A DNA stretch of 64,000 nt from the NCBI GenBank assembly GCA_965197525.1, contig OZ240211.1, forward strand, positions 64,001 through 128,000, read 5' to 3'. The translations under genes were made by a program, and so were the position numbers. Shown piece after piece: positions 44,178 through 54,309 of the stretch (its first letter is position 1; each line of letters opens with the position of its first letter). This DNA is from Nitrosopumilus sp. (lineage in GTDB: Archaea; Thermoproteota; Nitrososphaeria; Nitrososphaerales; Nitrosopumilaceae). The notes beneath the pieces are model-generated. The model was not told the origin of the DNA and ran no database searches. It was given only the letters and a program-made list of their open reading frames with translations.

Positions 44178-44414
44178 TTAATTATCTTTTCTTATCAGCG
44201 TTGCCGTAGAACGGACATTTTTTAATCTTTGAACATTTCTTGAGACAGTATCGCGTATTGTTTCAAAATTCTCTGCTTGTAATTTTACTAACATATCATG
44301 TGTTCCTATGGTTTCAAAGACATCAACTACTTGTTCAAGTTCCTTTAACTGTTCTATGATCGATTCTTCAGCACCTAACTCGCAATTTAGCATTACATAC
44401 GCTTCAGTCATCAA
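44178..44414 (-). CDS. Lrp/AsnC ligand-binding (RAM) domain protein
   Basis: AYVMLNCELG.E..I...L, G.HDMLVKL, VRSTATL. Confidence 0.88.
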   Translation of the reverse strand: MMTEAYVMLNCELGAEESIIEQLKELEQVVDVFETIGTHDMLVKLQAENFETIRDTVSRNVQRLKNVRSTATLIRKDN

Positions 44415-44468
44415 TGAAAGAATAATCTATCATTATTTAAAGATCAAGTCTTGGTAAACAACCTTGTT

Positions 44469-45116
44469 TTACCATCTCACATGAACTATATCTTTTAGAT
44501 GCCTCCTGGGTTTTGGGAATTTAGTTTGTTTTGGATATCCTATGCATAGTATAGATGATGGAACAAGGTTTGTCCCCACAGCATTCATCACCTTTTGTTC
44601 ATCAAGCATGCCTATCCATATTGATGCTAGTCCCAAAGCATGGGCTGCTAATTGAGAATAGGCAGCAGCTAATGTAGCGTCCTGTATTGCAAATTTTTTT
44701 AGGACATACTCTGGAAAATCAAACTTTACTCTGGAGGGATTCTTACAAAATACTAGAACAACTGGTGCATCAACATATGGTTGTCTGTTACATGCATCTA
44801 TCAGTAATTTTTTTCTGTCAGGACCTTTTATGTAGAATATCTCAAATCCTTGATAGTTTCCTGCAGTTGGCGCCGTATCAGCTGCTGCAATAATCTTGTC
44901 TATCTTTGCAGTTTCAACTGGCTTGTCTGCAAATCTTCTTGTAGACCGTCGGTTTGCCATTACGGTAAACAGGTCAGTATCAACGATCTGTGTCGGTCCT
45001 GATTTTAGTATAAAATTAAGTAGGTGATTACGTATGTCATGATCAGTTGTTTCAGTAATGTTTGGAGGTTCATATCCTAAAGGATACACTCTGTTATCTG
45101 ATTTTTTGGAATTCAT
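44469..45116 (-). CDS. Nitroreductase-family protein
   Basis: RRSTRRF, APTAGNYQ, GLASIWIG, LCIGYP. Confidence 0.92.
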   Translation of the reverse strand: MNSKKSDNRVYPLGYEPPNITETTDHDIRNHLLNFILKSGPTQIVDTDLFTVMANRRSTRRFADKPVETAKIDKIIAAADTAPTAGNYQGFEIFYIKGPDRKKLLIDACNRQPYVDAPVVLVFCKNPSRVKFDFPEYVLKKFAIQDATLAAAYSQLAAHALGLASIWIGMLDEQKVMNAVGTNLVPSSILCIGYPKQTKFPKPRRHLKDIVHVRW

Positions 45117-45154
45117 GATTGTCTAACCAAAATATCTTATTAAAGATTGATGTT

Positions 45155-45340
45155 TTACTCTTTCTTAAATGCGTCACATCCTGACATACAAGGTTTATTC
45201 ATTACCCCTTCGCATATTCCCTGATGATCGTGCATTATTCTATGATGCCCACAAATTCTACATTTTTCTCTAAAATGTGCAATTAATTCAATAGTTGAGA
45301 TTCCTGACTCTTGAATCTCTAATTGAGTCTTTTCAGCCAT
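45155..45340 (-). CDS. Small Cys/His-rich hypothetical protein
   Basis: CRICGHHRIMH...C...C..GC. Confidence 0.7.
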   Translation of the reverse strand: MAEKTQLEIQESGISTIELIAHFREKCRICGHHRIMHDHQGICEGVMNKPCMSGCDAFKKE

Positions 45341-45549
45341 AGCACCATCTGTTACTTTAAAGTCTACATTGTTACAATTTTAAAACTTTTGTTTAGTAAA
45401 AATAATGTTTGTCATGCATGATAAAATGGACAGAATACAGCATATTTGATATAATTTCATAAAACGTGTTATTTTAACCTGAATCTACGTTAATTTTAAG
45501 ATTTTTTTGAACTATTGCATACATTAACCTTAAAAATATATGCTATATA

Positions 45550-45570
45550 TAGACTAGTATTACTAGTCTA
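45550..45570. promoter_or_regulatory. Perfect 21-bp palindrome upstream of wHTH gene; candidate operator
   Basis: TAGACTAGTA-T-TACTAGTCTA, with an extra ACTAGTA at 45573-45579. Confidence 0.5.
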
Positions 45571-45623
45571 ACACTAGTATCTATATGCTACTATTTTTTT
45601 TGTTGAATGCAGTAAATACATGT

Positions 45624-45923
45624 ATGACTAAACATGACAATTTGGTAGAATTTATGCATAACATGTCTAAAAAAGGTTTTTATGATATTTTTGAATATTT
45701 GATAGATAATCAGGGATTGCACTATAATGAAATACAGCGGTATGCTTGGGAACGTAAGATTGTATGTAGTCGGGCATCAATCACCACTATGTTGAACTGG
45801 ATGGTATCATTTGGATTACTAGACAAACATATTGTAACTAGCATCAAACCCATTAGAACTATATACAATGTGAGTGATAAAGGCCAAAACGCATTAAATA
45901 AAATTAAGGATCTTGATCTTTGA
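45624..45923 (+). CDS. Winged-HTH (HxlR/ArsR-like) protein, copy 1
   Basis: GLHYNEI...SRASITTMLNWMVSFGLL.K...PIRTIYNVSDKG. Confidence 0.75.
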   Translation: MTKHDNLVEFMHNMSKKGFYDIFEYLIDNQGLHYNEIQRYAWERKIVCSRASITTMLNWMVSFGLLDKHIVTSIKPIRTIYNVSDKGQNALNKIKDLDL

Positions 45924-46843
45924 TGTTGCATATACAATTCTAAGGTTCTTTTACATATACGCATTAGCAGAATGTACAACAGATGTCCTGAAACATCGAA
46001 TAGAAATGTTGATGTAACGTTGTATCTTGTTCTGCAAAAATACATGTGGGAATAATTGTTTGAGAACATGGATTATTCTTTGATACTATCCTCTGGTACA
46101 AACATTGTAAGTTAGAATTGAAAAAATCTTCGTTGAATCTTATCGTACACTAGTTCGAGTTTTTCGTTTGTCCTGGATCTTGTACATGATAATATATGAT
46201 AATGTCTATTTCAACTGATTTTTTAGTATTCAGAAATGTTTCTCTTCTTTACTTTTGACACCTTGTAGGATAGTGCGCTGCAGTCGGTTACTATGGTCTT
46301 ACTTGCCATTGTTATGCCTTGTTCTAAGATTATCATAGAATTTTGACGATTTCTTGCCCAAATATTTCATATCTGATTATAAATCGTGCAGCCTAGCACT
46401 GATAACATGAAGATTATCTTATGCAGCTAAGCAGTACTTGAGTATTTGGACAAATTATCATGAAAACTTGAGTAATGGTCTTGGATATGTCGCATAAATA
46501 ATATGAAATACCATCTTTGTCAATGACTGATCATTGTAAATATTCAATCTGTACTGGCAATTAGTGACAAAAAAAATAAATTGCTATTTGAACAAACTGG
46601 TGAATTTTGGGTTTTGTCATCCTTTACAGATGAACTATTTGTAGATGACAGTAATTTTAAAAGATCATGTGAAACAACTCATTCATATCTGCACGTTTAA
46701 AGAATAATTAATTAACAAATTTATTACAAGATTATATGATCTTAGACAAGTCGACTGTTCAAAACAACTCATAACAATTATCATTTTTAGATTTTTACAT
46801 TAACGTTGTTTCCACAGCGTACATATATTGTTTAGTTGTAAGC

Positions 46844-48085
46844 TGGAGTGGACCCCATAAAATGAGAACGTTTTTTGCATGATCATCCATACAGTCTCCC
46901 TCATTTATTCTTCATCTCCCACTGCGATGCAAACTCTACAGGCGTCATGTATCCTATGGCAGAGTGAATTCTTTCTTGGTTGCAGTCTGCAAAAGCGTCT
47001 ACCAGGATCTTTTCGGCCTCCTGATAACTAGCAAATTCATGCGGCCACAAGTATTCTTTTTTGAGAGTCTTGTGGAACGATTCCACATGACCGTTCTGCT
47101 CGGGTGTGTGCTTCCAGATGAACTCGTGTTTTATGCCAAATACCGATACTGCTTTTCTAAAATCATTACTGGTGTACTGCGTGCCGTTGTCGGTTCTAAG
47201 TCTAAGTCTGGAGCAGTCAGGATTCTCTACAGACACGGCATTTGTTATGGAGTCAATTGCCACTTGTTTTGTGGCATCTACGTCAAACGCATACGATATC
47301 CATCTACGCGTAAAGCAGTCCACCACGTTAAAGCAATAGCACCATCCGTCCATCCCACACCAGACGTACGTCATGTCCGTCTCCCATAGCCGGTTCGGTG
47401 CATCCGGTTCGAAGAGCTTGCGATTGGTGTGAATGATGTCGTTTTTTGTCTTTTGAGGCTCAATCCCGCCCAGTTTTCGGAATATTCTTTGTATCTTCTT
47501 GCGATTTGTGGCAGTGTGTGTCTCGCGGCACACTTGGGCTGCCATGCGGCGTGTGCCATAGGTGGGTCTTCTGCTGCCTATCCTCTGCACTGCCTGTACG
47601 GCTGCCGGATCCAGTCTCATCTCCCTTGCCTTGGGTTTGTGATACCACATACGTCTTGACACTCCGGCATAGCGTAGTGATTTACGCAGGCTCATCTTTT
47701 CATACAGTTCTCTGACGGCACTCAATCTCTGGCTTCCTCCCAAGTTTTTTTTTAAAACGTCGTTGGCAATGGTCAGCTCGCCTATCAGTCTCTTGTAATC
47801 ATCCTCTCTCTTTTTCATTGTCTTGATTGGATCTTTCTTTCCTGACTGGCTCAGACCTGCCTTGCCGGACTCCATGAATCTCTGTTTCCAGTTATGAAAC
47901 GTCTGTGGGCTAACATTGTGCTTGCGGCATAGTTCTGCCGTACTTGTACTGGTTTTGATTGATTCCAGTACAATCTGGATCTTTTGCTCTGGTGTAAATT
48001 TGCTTTTTACCATGATATTTGTCCTCCGATGCTGTACCTAATGTATATGGATGCAAGTGTTCTCCTTCTAGAGGGATCCCCACCA
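46844..48085 (-). mobile_element. Complete IS3-family element, 1242 bp, TG...CA ends, 4-bp TSD AAGC
   Basis: Left end TGGAGTGGACCCC..GAGAAC versus right-end reverse complement TGGTGGGGATCCC..GAGAAC (imperfect TIR). AAGC at 46840-46843 and 48086-48089. Confidence 0.88.
46901..48013 (-). CDS. IS3-family transposase, OrfA and OrfB in one frame
   Basis: N-terminal HTH (FTPEQKIQIVLE..AELCRKH), WETDMTYV (D), RTDNGTQY (D), EQNGHVESF (E). Confidence 0.92.
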   Translation of the reverse strand: MVKSKFTPEQKIQIVLESIKTSTSTAELCRKHNVSPQTFHNWKQRFMESGKAGLSQSGKKDPIKTMKKREDDYKRLIGELTIANDVLKKNLGGSQRLSAVRELYEKMSLRKSLRYAGVSRRMWYHKPKAREMRLDPAAVQAVQRIGSRRPTYGTRRMAAQVCRETHTATNRKKIQRIFRKLGGIEPQKTKNDIIHTNRKLFEPDAPNRLWETDMTYVWCGMDGWCYCFNVVDCFTRRWISYAFDVDATKQVAIDSITNAVSVENPDCSRLRLRTDNGTQYTSNDFRKAVSVFGIKHEFIWKHTPEQNGHVESFHKTLKKEYLWPHEFASYQEAEKILVDAFADCNQERIHSAIGYMTPVEFASQWEMKNK

Positions 48086-48485
48086 AAGCATACATAGAAA
48101 TTTGTACAAGTAAGTGTCTATCTACAATATGTAACAGTTACTAATTAACATTTAAGAGAGGATTTTTATTAAATACAGTAGATATTTTAGAACTCTATCA
48201 TATTCTTATCTTCTATCATATTTGATAATCGTGATTTTTTTATAATTCTTTTTACAAACACTAAGTTTCATAATCTAATTTGATTACATACTTGAAGTAT
48301 TTTTAATGATCTATGTAATTTTGTTAAATGTTTTGTTTTAACTTGAATGTATGATCATTTCAGAAGTATTTTTAACATAGTAAACACATTACATATAAAA
48401 ATATACGCTATATAATATTAATACGTCTAATTTGAAACTAGTAACTATATTCAGGTGTTTTTTGTATTATTTGTAGTACTTACTT

Positions 48486-48788
48486 GTGTTGACTGAGAAA
48501 GCAAAATTAGTAGAGTTTATGCACAATATGTCAAAAAAAGGATTTTGTGATGTTTTGGAATACATGTTGACACATAAGGGGTTGTACTATAGTGAAATCC
48601 AGCGATATGCACAGGCCAATAGGATTGTATCCAATTCTGCGTCAATAACTACTATGCTGAACTGGATGGTATCGTTTCAGTTACTCAAACGGCATGTTGT
48701 ATCTGATGTCAGACCAATCCGAATTAGATATACTATGACTAAAAAAGGTCGAAATGCATTTAATATAATTACGCGTATCAATTTTTGA
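48486..48788 (+). CDS. Winged-HTH protein, copy 2 (paralog of 45624..45923)
   Basis: Shares LVEFMHNMSKKGF, EIQRYA and ASITTMLNWMVSF with copy 1. Confidence 0.75.
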   Translation: MLTEKAKLVEFMHNMSKKGFCDVLEYMLTHKGLYYSEIQRYAQANRIVSNSASITTMLNWMVSFQLLKRHVVSDVRPIRIRYTMTKKGRNAFNIITRINF

Positions 48789-49305
48789 GCTGTTTGTATT
48801 CATGTTGTGCTTTTGTTTTGTCATGGTTTTAGATGACTATGGCTATTTTTATGTCTAGAAAAACATGAGATCTACTTGGATCTTTTTGTCATTTGCTCAA
48901 CACGCGTTTTAGTTAAAATATCGCTCATACGTACTGATTTCTATATTTTTAGTCTTTTAAACTCACAATACTGTGTAAATATTATAAATTATCTTCCAAT
49001 ATGATAATTGTAAATTTTTTATCTTATTTGAATTATTTACAAATGTCATTTTATCCCTTCTTTACAAATTGTTATCATCATTATGGTAATCGCTGTTTTC
49101 ATGTTCTATAGTTATCGATGCTGTGCTGTTATAACATTGCATACTTTTTACATACTGTGTCTTTAAAATATGTGATAAAATATCTTATTAATTCATACAC
49201 ACATAATACATCTAACCTTGTTAATATTTGATTGTTAGTTATGGCAGTTTAATAGTATATAGCTCATAAAGACAAATCCCTCTTCAAAATAGTTTTCATA
49301 TATTA

Positions 49306-50061
49306 TTAAATTTTGTGTTCGCAATAATCTTTTAAATTACATGCATTGCATTTTGGTCTACTGTTGTGATGTTTTGGATTGTCAATCTCAAGTGCAATCG
49401 CTGCAAATCTCTCAAGTGTACGATGAAGATAATACAGCATTTCTTTGGTTTGTATCTCTGAATATATTTTGTATGGTTCTCTTGTCTTATTATTGCATAT
49501 TCTGATTACCCACCTTTTTTGTATATTTGGCAGATCAAATACATCTTTTGAACTATCACTACCTCTATTACCTGTATTTGCCGAATAATTTGAATTAAGA
49601 TATGTCAACACTTGCAATAATTGATTAGGATACGGCATTACCTTCTTATCATACGCTCTTGGGTTGCCTACAAATTTATCATCTTGTATTGTGAGAGTCT
49701 GATCTACTCTTGCAATCTTGTCTATTCTTCCTGATAGTGAAACTAGGACATTAGTTGTTGGAAACTCAAACGGCATTGTTAATACAGAGTGCACATTCTC
49801 TCGGGCAAATTCTATATCCGTATGACTATCTCTAATCTGTTTCTCTGTAACTGGTTCTAATCTTACATGTTCTTTTTCGTATTTTTCTTCTGTTGCGTGC
49901 GCTTTTGTTCCTAAAATTAATGACTGGGTCGGTTTTGGTAGTATGCCTGCGCTAGATAATGGGATTTTATACTCACAATACCCCATAGCATCTGTAAAAT
50001 CGGTGACTGCCGCAGTTATTATTGTGATATTCTTATCTTTTTGCTCTTTGATTTTTATCAA
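49306..50061 (-). CDS. Solo Cas4-like PD-(D/E)XK nuclease with Fe-S-type cysteines
   Basis: N-terminal YCEY, GTKAH, GRID...QDDK, QVLTY (QxxxY), C-terminal CNACNLKDYC (CxxC-x5-C). Confidence 0.8.
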   Translation of the reverse strand: MIKIKEQKDKNITIITAAVTDFTDAMGYCEYKIPLSSAGILPKPTQSLILGTKAHATEEKYEKEHVRLEPVTEKQIRDSHTDIEFARENVHSVLTMPFEFPTTNVLVSLSGRIDKIARVDQTLTIQDDKFVGNPRAYDKKVMPYPNQLLQVLTYLNSNYSANTGNRGSDSSKDVFDLPNIQKRWVIRICNNKTREPYKIYSEIQTKEMLYYLHRTLERFAAIALEIDNPKHHNSRPKCNACNLKDYCEHKI

Positions 50062-50106
50062 TGATGTTCTTATTCTATGTGGAATTTACATATATTACGA
50101 TATAGT

Positions 50107-50511
50107 ATGTCGTACATGGAGAATAAACCATGCGTTTTTTGCTCATCACTCCTCAAAATTGTTCATCAGAATCAATTGGCTATTGCAACCCTTGATAACT
50201 ATCCAGTTACCGATTATCACACTTTGATTATTCCTAAACGACATATCTCATCTTTTTTTGAGTTAACCAAAAAAGAACAGCAGAGCTGTTTGGATTTACT
50301 TTTAGTTGCTAAAACACAACTATTGCTTGACGATCCGTTGATTACTGGGTTTAATATAGGTGTAAATGATGGCGTTGATGCCGGTCAAACCATCATGCAT
50401 TGTCACATACATTTGATTCCTAGGCGTAAAAATGACGTAAAAACACCACGCGGTGGCATACGTCATATAGTTCCGGAAAAAGGTGACTATACCAAATCCT
50501 TGTGGCTGTAA
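50107..50511 (+). CDS. HIT-family hydrolase
   Basis: CVFC, PVTDYHTLIIPKRH, GFNIGVNDGVDAGQTIMHCHIHLIPR. Confidence 0.93.
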   Translation: MSYMENKPCVFCSSLLKIVHQNQLAIATLDNYPVTDYHTLIIPKRHISSFFELTKKEQQSCLDLLLVAKTQLLLDDPLITGFNIGVNDGVDAGQTIMHCHIHLIPRRKNDVKTPRGGIRHIVPEKGDYTKSLWL

Positions 50512-50712
50512 ATATTTCATACAATCTTTATTATAACGCAGTTCAGTCAACATACAACATTTTTTGTGTTTATCTTTATGTTTTTTTTGTTATTTGCTTG
50601 TTTTATCTCATTTTTTATAAAGTCTTTCAGATGCTGTTTTTTTATAAACTAAAATGTCTGACTATTACATCATTATCTAAACCTTTTATTACATGCATGC
50701 ACATAATATGCC

Positions 50713-51186
50713 ATGAGTACCAATAATTCCGAATTAGATTCTAAAATATTTATTGCAAGGTGGACTGACAGGTTTCTTGCATGGTTAGTTGACTTTATCA
50801 TCGTTTCATCTGTTCTTGGATTGTTGTTTTCTTTTGTGTTTGACACGGCATTTGACTCTGATCCTTTGTTTTTAGCTGTTATCTGTATTTTAGAATGTGC
50901 CATATTTTTTGGATACTGGGTAATTCTTGAATACAAGACTGGTCAGAGCATTGGCAAAAAAATCTTCAACTTGAAACTAGTAGAAATAACTGGAAAACAA
51001 CCTACTCTGAAAATGGTTCTGCTTGGTAGTTTTGGAAAAGCATTTTTACTACCTGTGGATTTTATCTTGGGTTTGCTACTCACTAATGAAAAACGCCAAC
51101 GAATCTTCAACAAGTTAGGTGACACCATAGTGATAAAACTCAAGAAATCCCAAGACAGTTCTGATGTCAAATATGTAAAAGAGTAA
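50713..51186 (+). CDS. RDD-family membrane protein
   Basis: RFLAWLVD, GQSIGKKIFNLK, QRIFNKLGDTIV. Confidence 0.88.
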   Translation: MSTNNSELDSKIFIARWTDRFLAWLVDFIIVSSVLGLLFSFVFDTAFDSDPLFLAVICILECAIFFGYWVILEYKTGQSIGKKIFNLKLVEITGKQPTLKMVLLGSFGKAFLLPVDFILGLLLTNEKRQRIFNKLGDTIVIKLKKSQDSSDVKYVKE

Positions 51187-52117
51187 TTCATCAGTACCTT
51201 GTTGTTTTAATGACGCAATATCGTTAATATCTTAGACTTGAAATCCTAAAACTTGTGATAAATTTTCGTATAAATTGTTGTTGGTACTCACATAAACTTG
51301 ATATTGTATTTTCGTTTGTTGTATTTTCAGATGGTTTAGTTCTTGACTCATTCTTTTAGCATAACACGTACAAATCAAATATCTTACCAAATTCCCAGTA
51401 TTGCTTACTGTTTGATCTTCTTTACGTATATTATATCATTGATTGAAAATATCTTATTATGATTGATTTTCTATTAATTATTTTATCGTATTAAATTTTA
51501 TGACTTTTGTTCTACTGCTCAGAGAATATGTGACATATGATCCAATATGTGGTAATATTCAGATATCCATACATCTAGCTTTGCTTGATATCATTATGTA
51601 GAATTTCGTTTTATTAGTCATTTATAAATAGAAATATTATCCTGTAATGTATCATTGCATAAATCATCCTCTACACCGTCTTTGATACTTCTTTGGGGTA
51701 ATAATGATGTTATCCATACTGATGATGCCACTCTCAAATATTATTCATTATTAAATCTGGATAATGGCAAATCGTGTGATAGTAAGCAAAAACTCCCGTG
51801 CATTAGACTATGTCCAATAGGATCTATATGTATTGGAATGGTATGTTGACAGCAAACTGTTTTAATTTAAATACAACCAATTATTCTTTTTCTTTTAATT
51901 TGTTGTCCATATCTTTCTTTTTATTCATAGTTCAATGATGATTCTTTTACATTATTTTATGAGATAATTGTATAATGATTGGTCTAAGAAAGTTTTACGT
52001 CTCAATAATTCATGTCAGAAGATTTGTGTATTTATGATGTCAATATGTTCCATAGGGGTTTTTTATATCTAAGCGAAGCTCTTTGCACGGTTGTTGTTAT
52101 TATTACCATGGTCGCTA

Positions 52118-52540
52118 TTACAGCTTTCTTAATTTTGAAACACCAGTTGTAATATGATCAATTATTGTTGGCAGTGGTGTACCTGGTCCAAATACATGAT
52201 TGACTCCTGCCTTTATCAAGTACTTGTGATCAATCTCTGGAATCACTCCTCCTCCTACTATTAAAACATCATTGATTCCTTTCTTTTCTAACGTCTTTAC
52301 TACTCTTGGAAACAATGTACCATGAGCTCCATTTAGCAAACTCATTGCAACTGCATCTACGTCCTCATCTTCTGTGATTTGTGCAATTCTATCAGGTGTG
52401 GCAAACAGCCCCGAGTAAATTACCTCCATTCCTGCATCTCTAAATGCCCTACAAAGCACCAACGCTCCTCTATCATGCCCATCAAGACCTAATTTGGCAA
52501 CTAGTATTTTGATACTTCGTGTTTCAGCCTTCTGCTTCAT
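52118..52540 (-). CDS. Cobalamin-binding small subunit of methylmalonyl-CoA mutase
   Basis: KLGLDGHDRG (DxHxxG), SLLNGAH, VGGGVIP, FGPGT. Confidence 0.92.
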   Translation of the reverse strand: MKQKAETRSIKILVAKLGLDGHDRGALVLCRAFRDAGMEVIYSGLFATPDRIAQITEDEDVDAVAMSLLNGAHGTLFPRVVKTLEKKGINDVLIVGGGVIPEIDHKYLIKAGVNHVFGPGTPLPTIIDHITTGVSKLRKL

Positions 52541-52958
52541 GATATAATCTGTTCTAAGATATTTTAAAATGTTTCATATCATGGCTAGCATGTATTCTGT
52601 TTGAATCTGTGTTATTCCCCTTTGGGCAATCCATTTGAAAGACGGAATCTAGGTAAACTATTTTTTATATAATACATAAGAATATTGACACTATCTTTGA
52701 TATGGCTAAACTGATCTGACTTCATATGGTTAACTCGATTCCATCAAAGTATCTAGTCTCAAGTTTGTTCTTGAGAACTTATGAGTAATCTCAAAATATA
52801 CGAAAAAAAACTACAGTCACAAAGTCAAAAATAATAAAAATATTCCATACAACGCATCATCAAGACGACATTCTCATATGTTTGATATTTTCATTATACC
52901 ATGCCTGAAATTCATGCGCAGACGTGTAGCACTGCAATGTTCACTGAACTAACTATGT

Positions 52959-54309
52959 CAGAAGTTGAAAATGTACCCTCTACACACGTTTTTTACGCAT
53001 AATTTTACAAGCTAACGCACATAATTTTTTGATACATGGGGGGCTAAAAGATCAAAATTTGACCAGTTAACATGTCAAATCAGAAAAATGAACTGGATTT
53101 CCAAGACAGCGTCACAAAAAAAGAATTCAAGGTTTTGCATGACGCACTAAAGTGTGCAAAGATACCACTGTCAACAAGGCATAACGCCGTGTACGGTCTT
53201 GAGGATGTCGTCTTGGTTCTGCTATACATGTGCAAGAATGGTGCTACTGCCAACAGGGCAGTAGCAGAGCTTGCCATCACATCAAGAGATGACAAGACCG
53301 TCAGTATCCCAACATCTCAGTGGTTATTGAGTATGATAGGTGCAATAGATTCTGACAAGATGAATGCCTTGTGCATGCGCATGTTAAAGAGTACGATCAA
53401 GAATGGATTTGGTCTTGAGAAGAAGACAGGTCACATGTCTGCCATAGACAAGCACCTGATCCCATTCACAGGCGCAGACAGGCATAATGACAACTTTGTA
53501 ATCGGTGGCAAGCCCAAGGGCGGAACATCTCAGTTTGAGACATACGCTACCATGCAGCTAGTCACCGAAGAGCGGTTGCCTACGATAGCAGTAGTGCGCC
53601 TCACAAAGGACATGACCAAGATTGAATTCGTGCGTAAATTGCTCTCAGAATCAAAGAAACTAGGGTTAAAAAAGTCGACGATTCTCATGGATCGTGAGTT
53701 TAGCAATGTAGATGTGATGCGTTTTCTGGACAAACACGACGAGAGATTCCTGATGGCAGTCAGCAAGACGCCGGGAATCAAAAAGGCCATCTCAGAGTTT
53801 CGTTGCGGCAAAAGAGACGCAATATCAAGATACGAGATGAGATCCAGTGACGGAACAACATTCAGGTTTTGGCTAGTGATAAAAAAGCGCCTCAAGGAAA
53901 AGAAGGGCAAAAAAAGATGGGAGTATCTGACGTATGCCACAAATGTAGAACGCCGGCGCATAAAACGCACCATGAAAGACGTTCCTGAAGAATATAAAAA
54001 ACGCTGGCGCATAGAGAACAACTTCAAATCAGTTGAGCAGATGCGTGCACACGCATGTAGCCGAAATCATGCGATCAGAGTCTTTATGTTCTTTCTCTCT
54101 ATGACTGTATGCAACCTGTGGTATACGGCAGTGCGAAAAATAAACAGGATGTTTAAGATCAAGTTTGGGCGACATGTCAAAACAAATATGACAGCTAGTG
54201 TATTCCTAGTGTTGCTCATTGTATTGGTCAAGAGGATCATAAAATCAACAGACAAAGAATTAGAATATTATTTGCAGTGTGTGCGATAGGGGTACATTTT
54301 CAACTTCTG
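52959..54309 (+). mobile_element. Complete ISH3-like (IS4 superfamily) element, 1351 bp, perfect 20-bp TIRs, 4-bp TSD ATGT
   Basis: CAGAAGTTGAAAATGTACCC at 52959-52978 and its exact reverse complement at 54290-54309. ATGT at 52955-52958 and 54310-54313. Confidence 0.95.
53072..54289 (+). CDS. ISH3-like DDE transposase
   Basis: SAIDKH (D), LMDREF (D), YKKRWRIENNFK (YxxR...E). Confidence 0.9.
   Translation: MSNQKNELDFQDSVTKKEFKVLHDALKCAKIPLSTRHNAVYGLEDVVLVLLYMCKNGATANRAVAELAITSRDDKTVSIPTSQWLLSMIGAIDSDKMNALCMRMLKSTIKNGFGLEKKTGHMSAIDKHLIPFTGADRHNDNFVIGGKPKGGTSQFETYATMQLVTEERLPTIAVVRLTKDMTKIEFVRKLLSESKKLGLKKSTILMDREFSNVDVMRFLDKHDERFLMAVSKTPGIKKAISEFRCGKRDAISRYEMRSSDGTTFRFWLVIKKRLKEKKGKKRWEYLTYATNVERRRIKRTMKDVPEEYKKRWRIENNFKSVEQMRAHACSRNHAIRVFMFFLSMTVCNLWYTAVRKINRMFKIKFGRHVKTNMTASVFLVLLIVLVKRIIKSTDKELEYYLQCVR

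Noticed and set aside
48800-52100. CRISPR array or cas operon near the Cas4-like gene
   Set aside because: No regularly spaced repeats and no cas1/cas2 seen.
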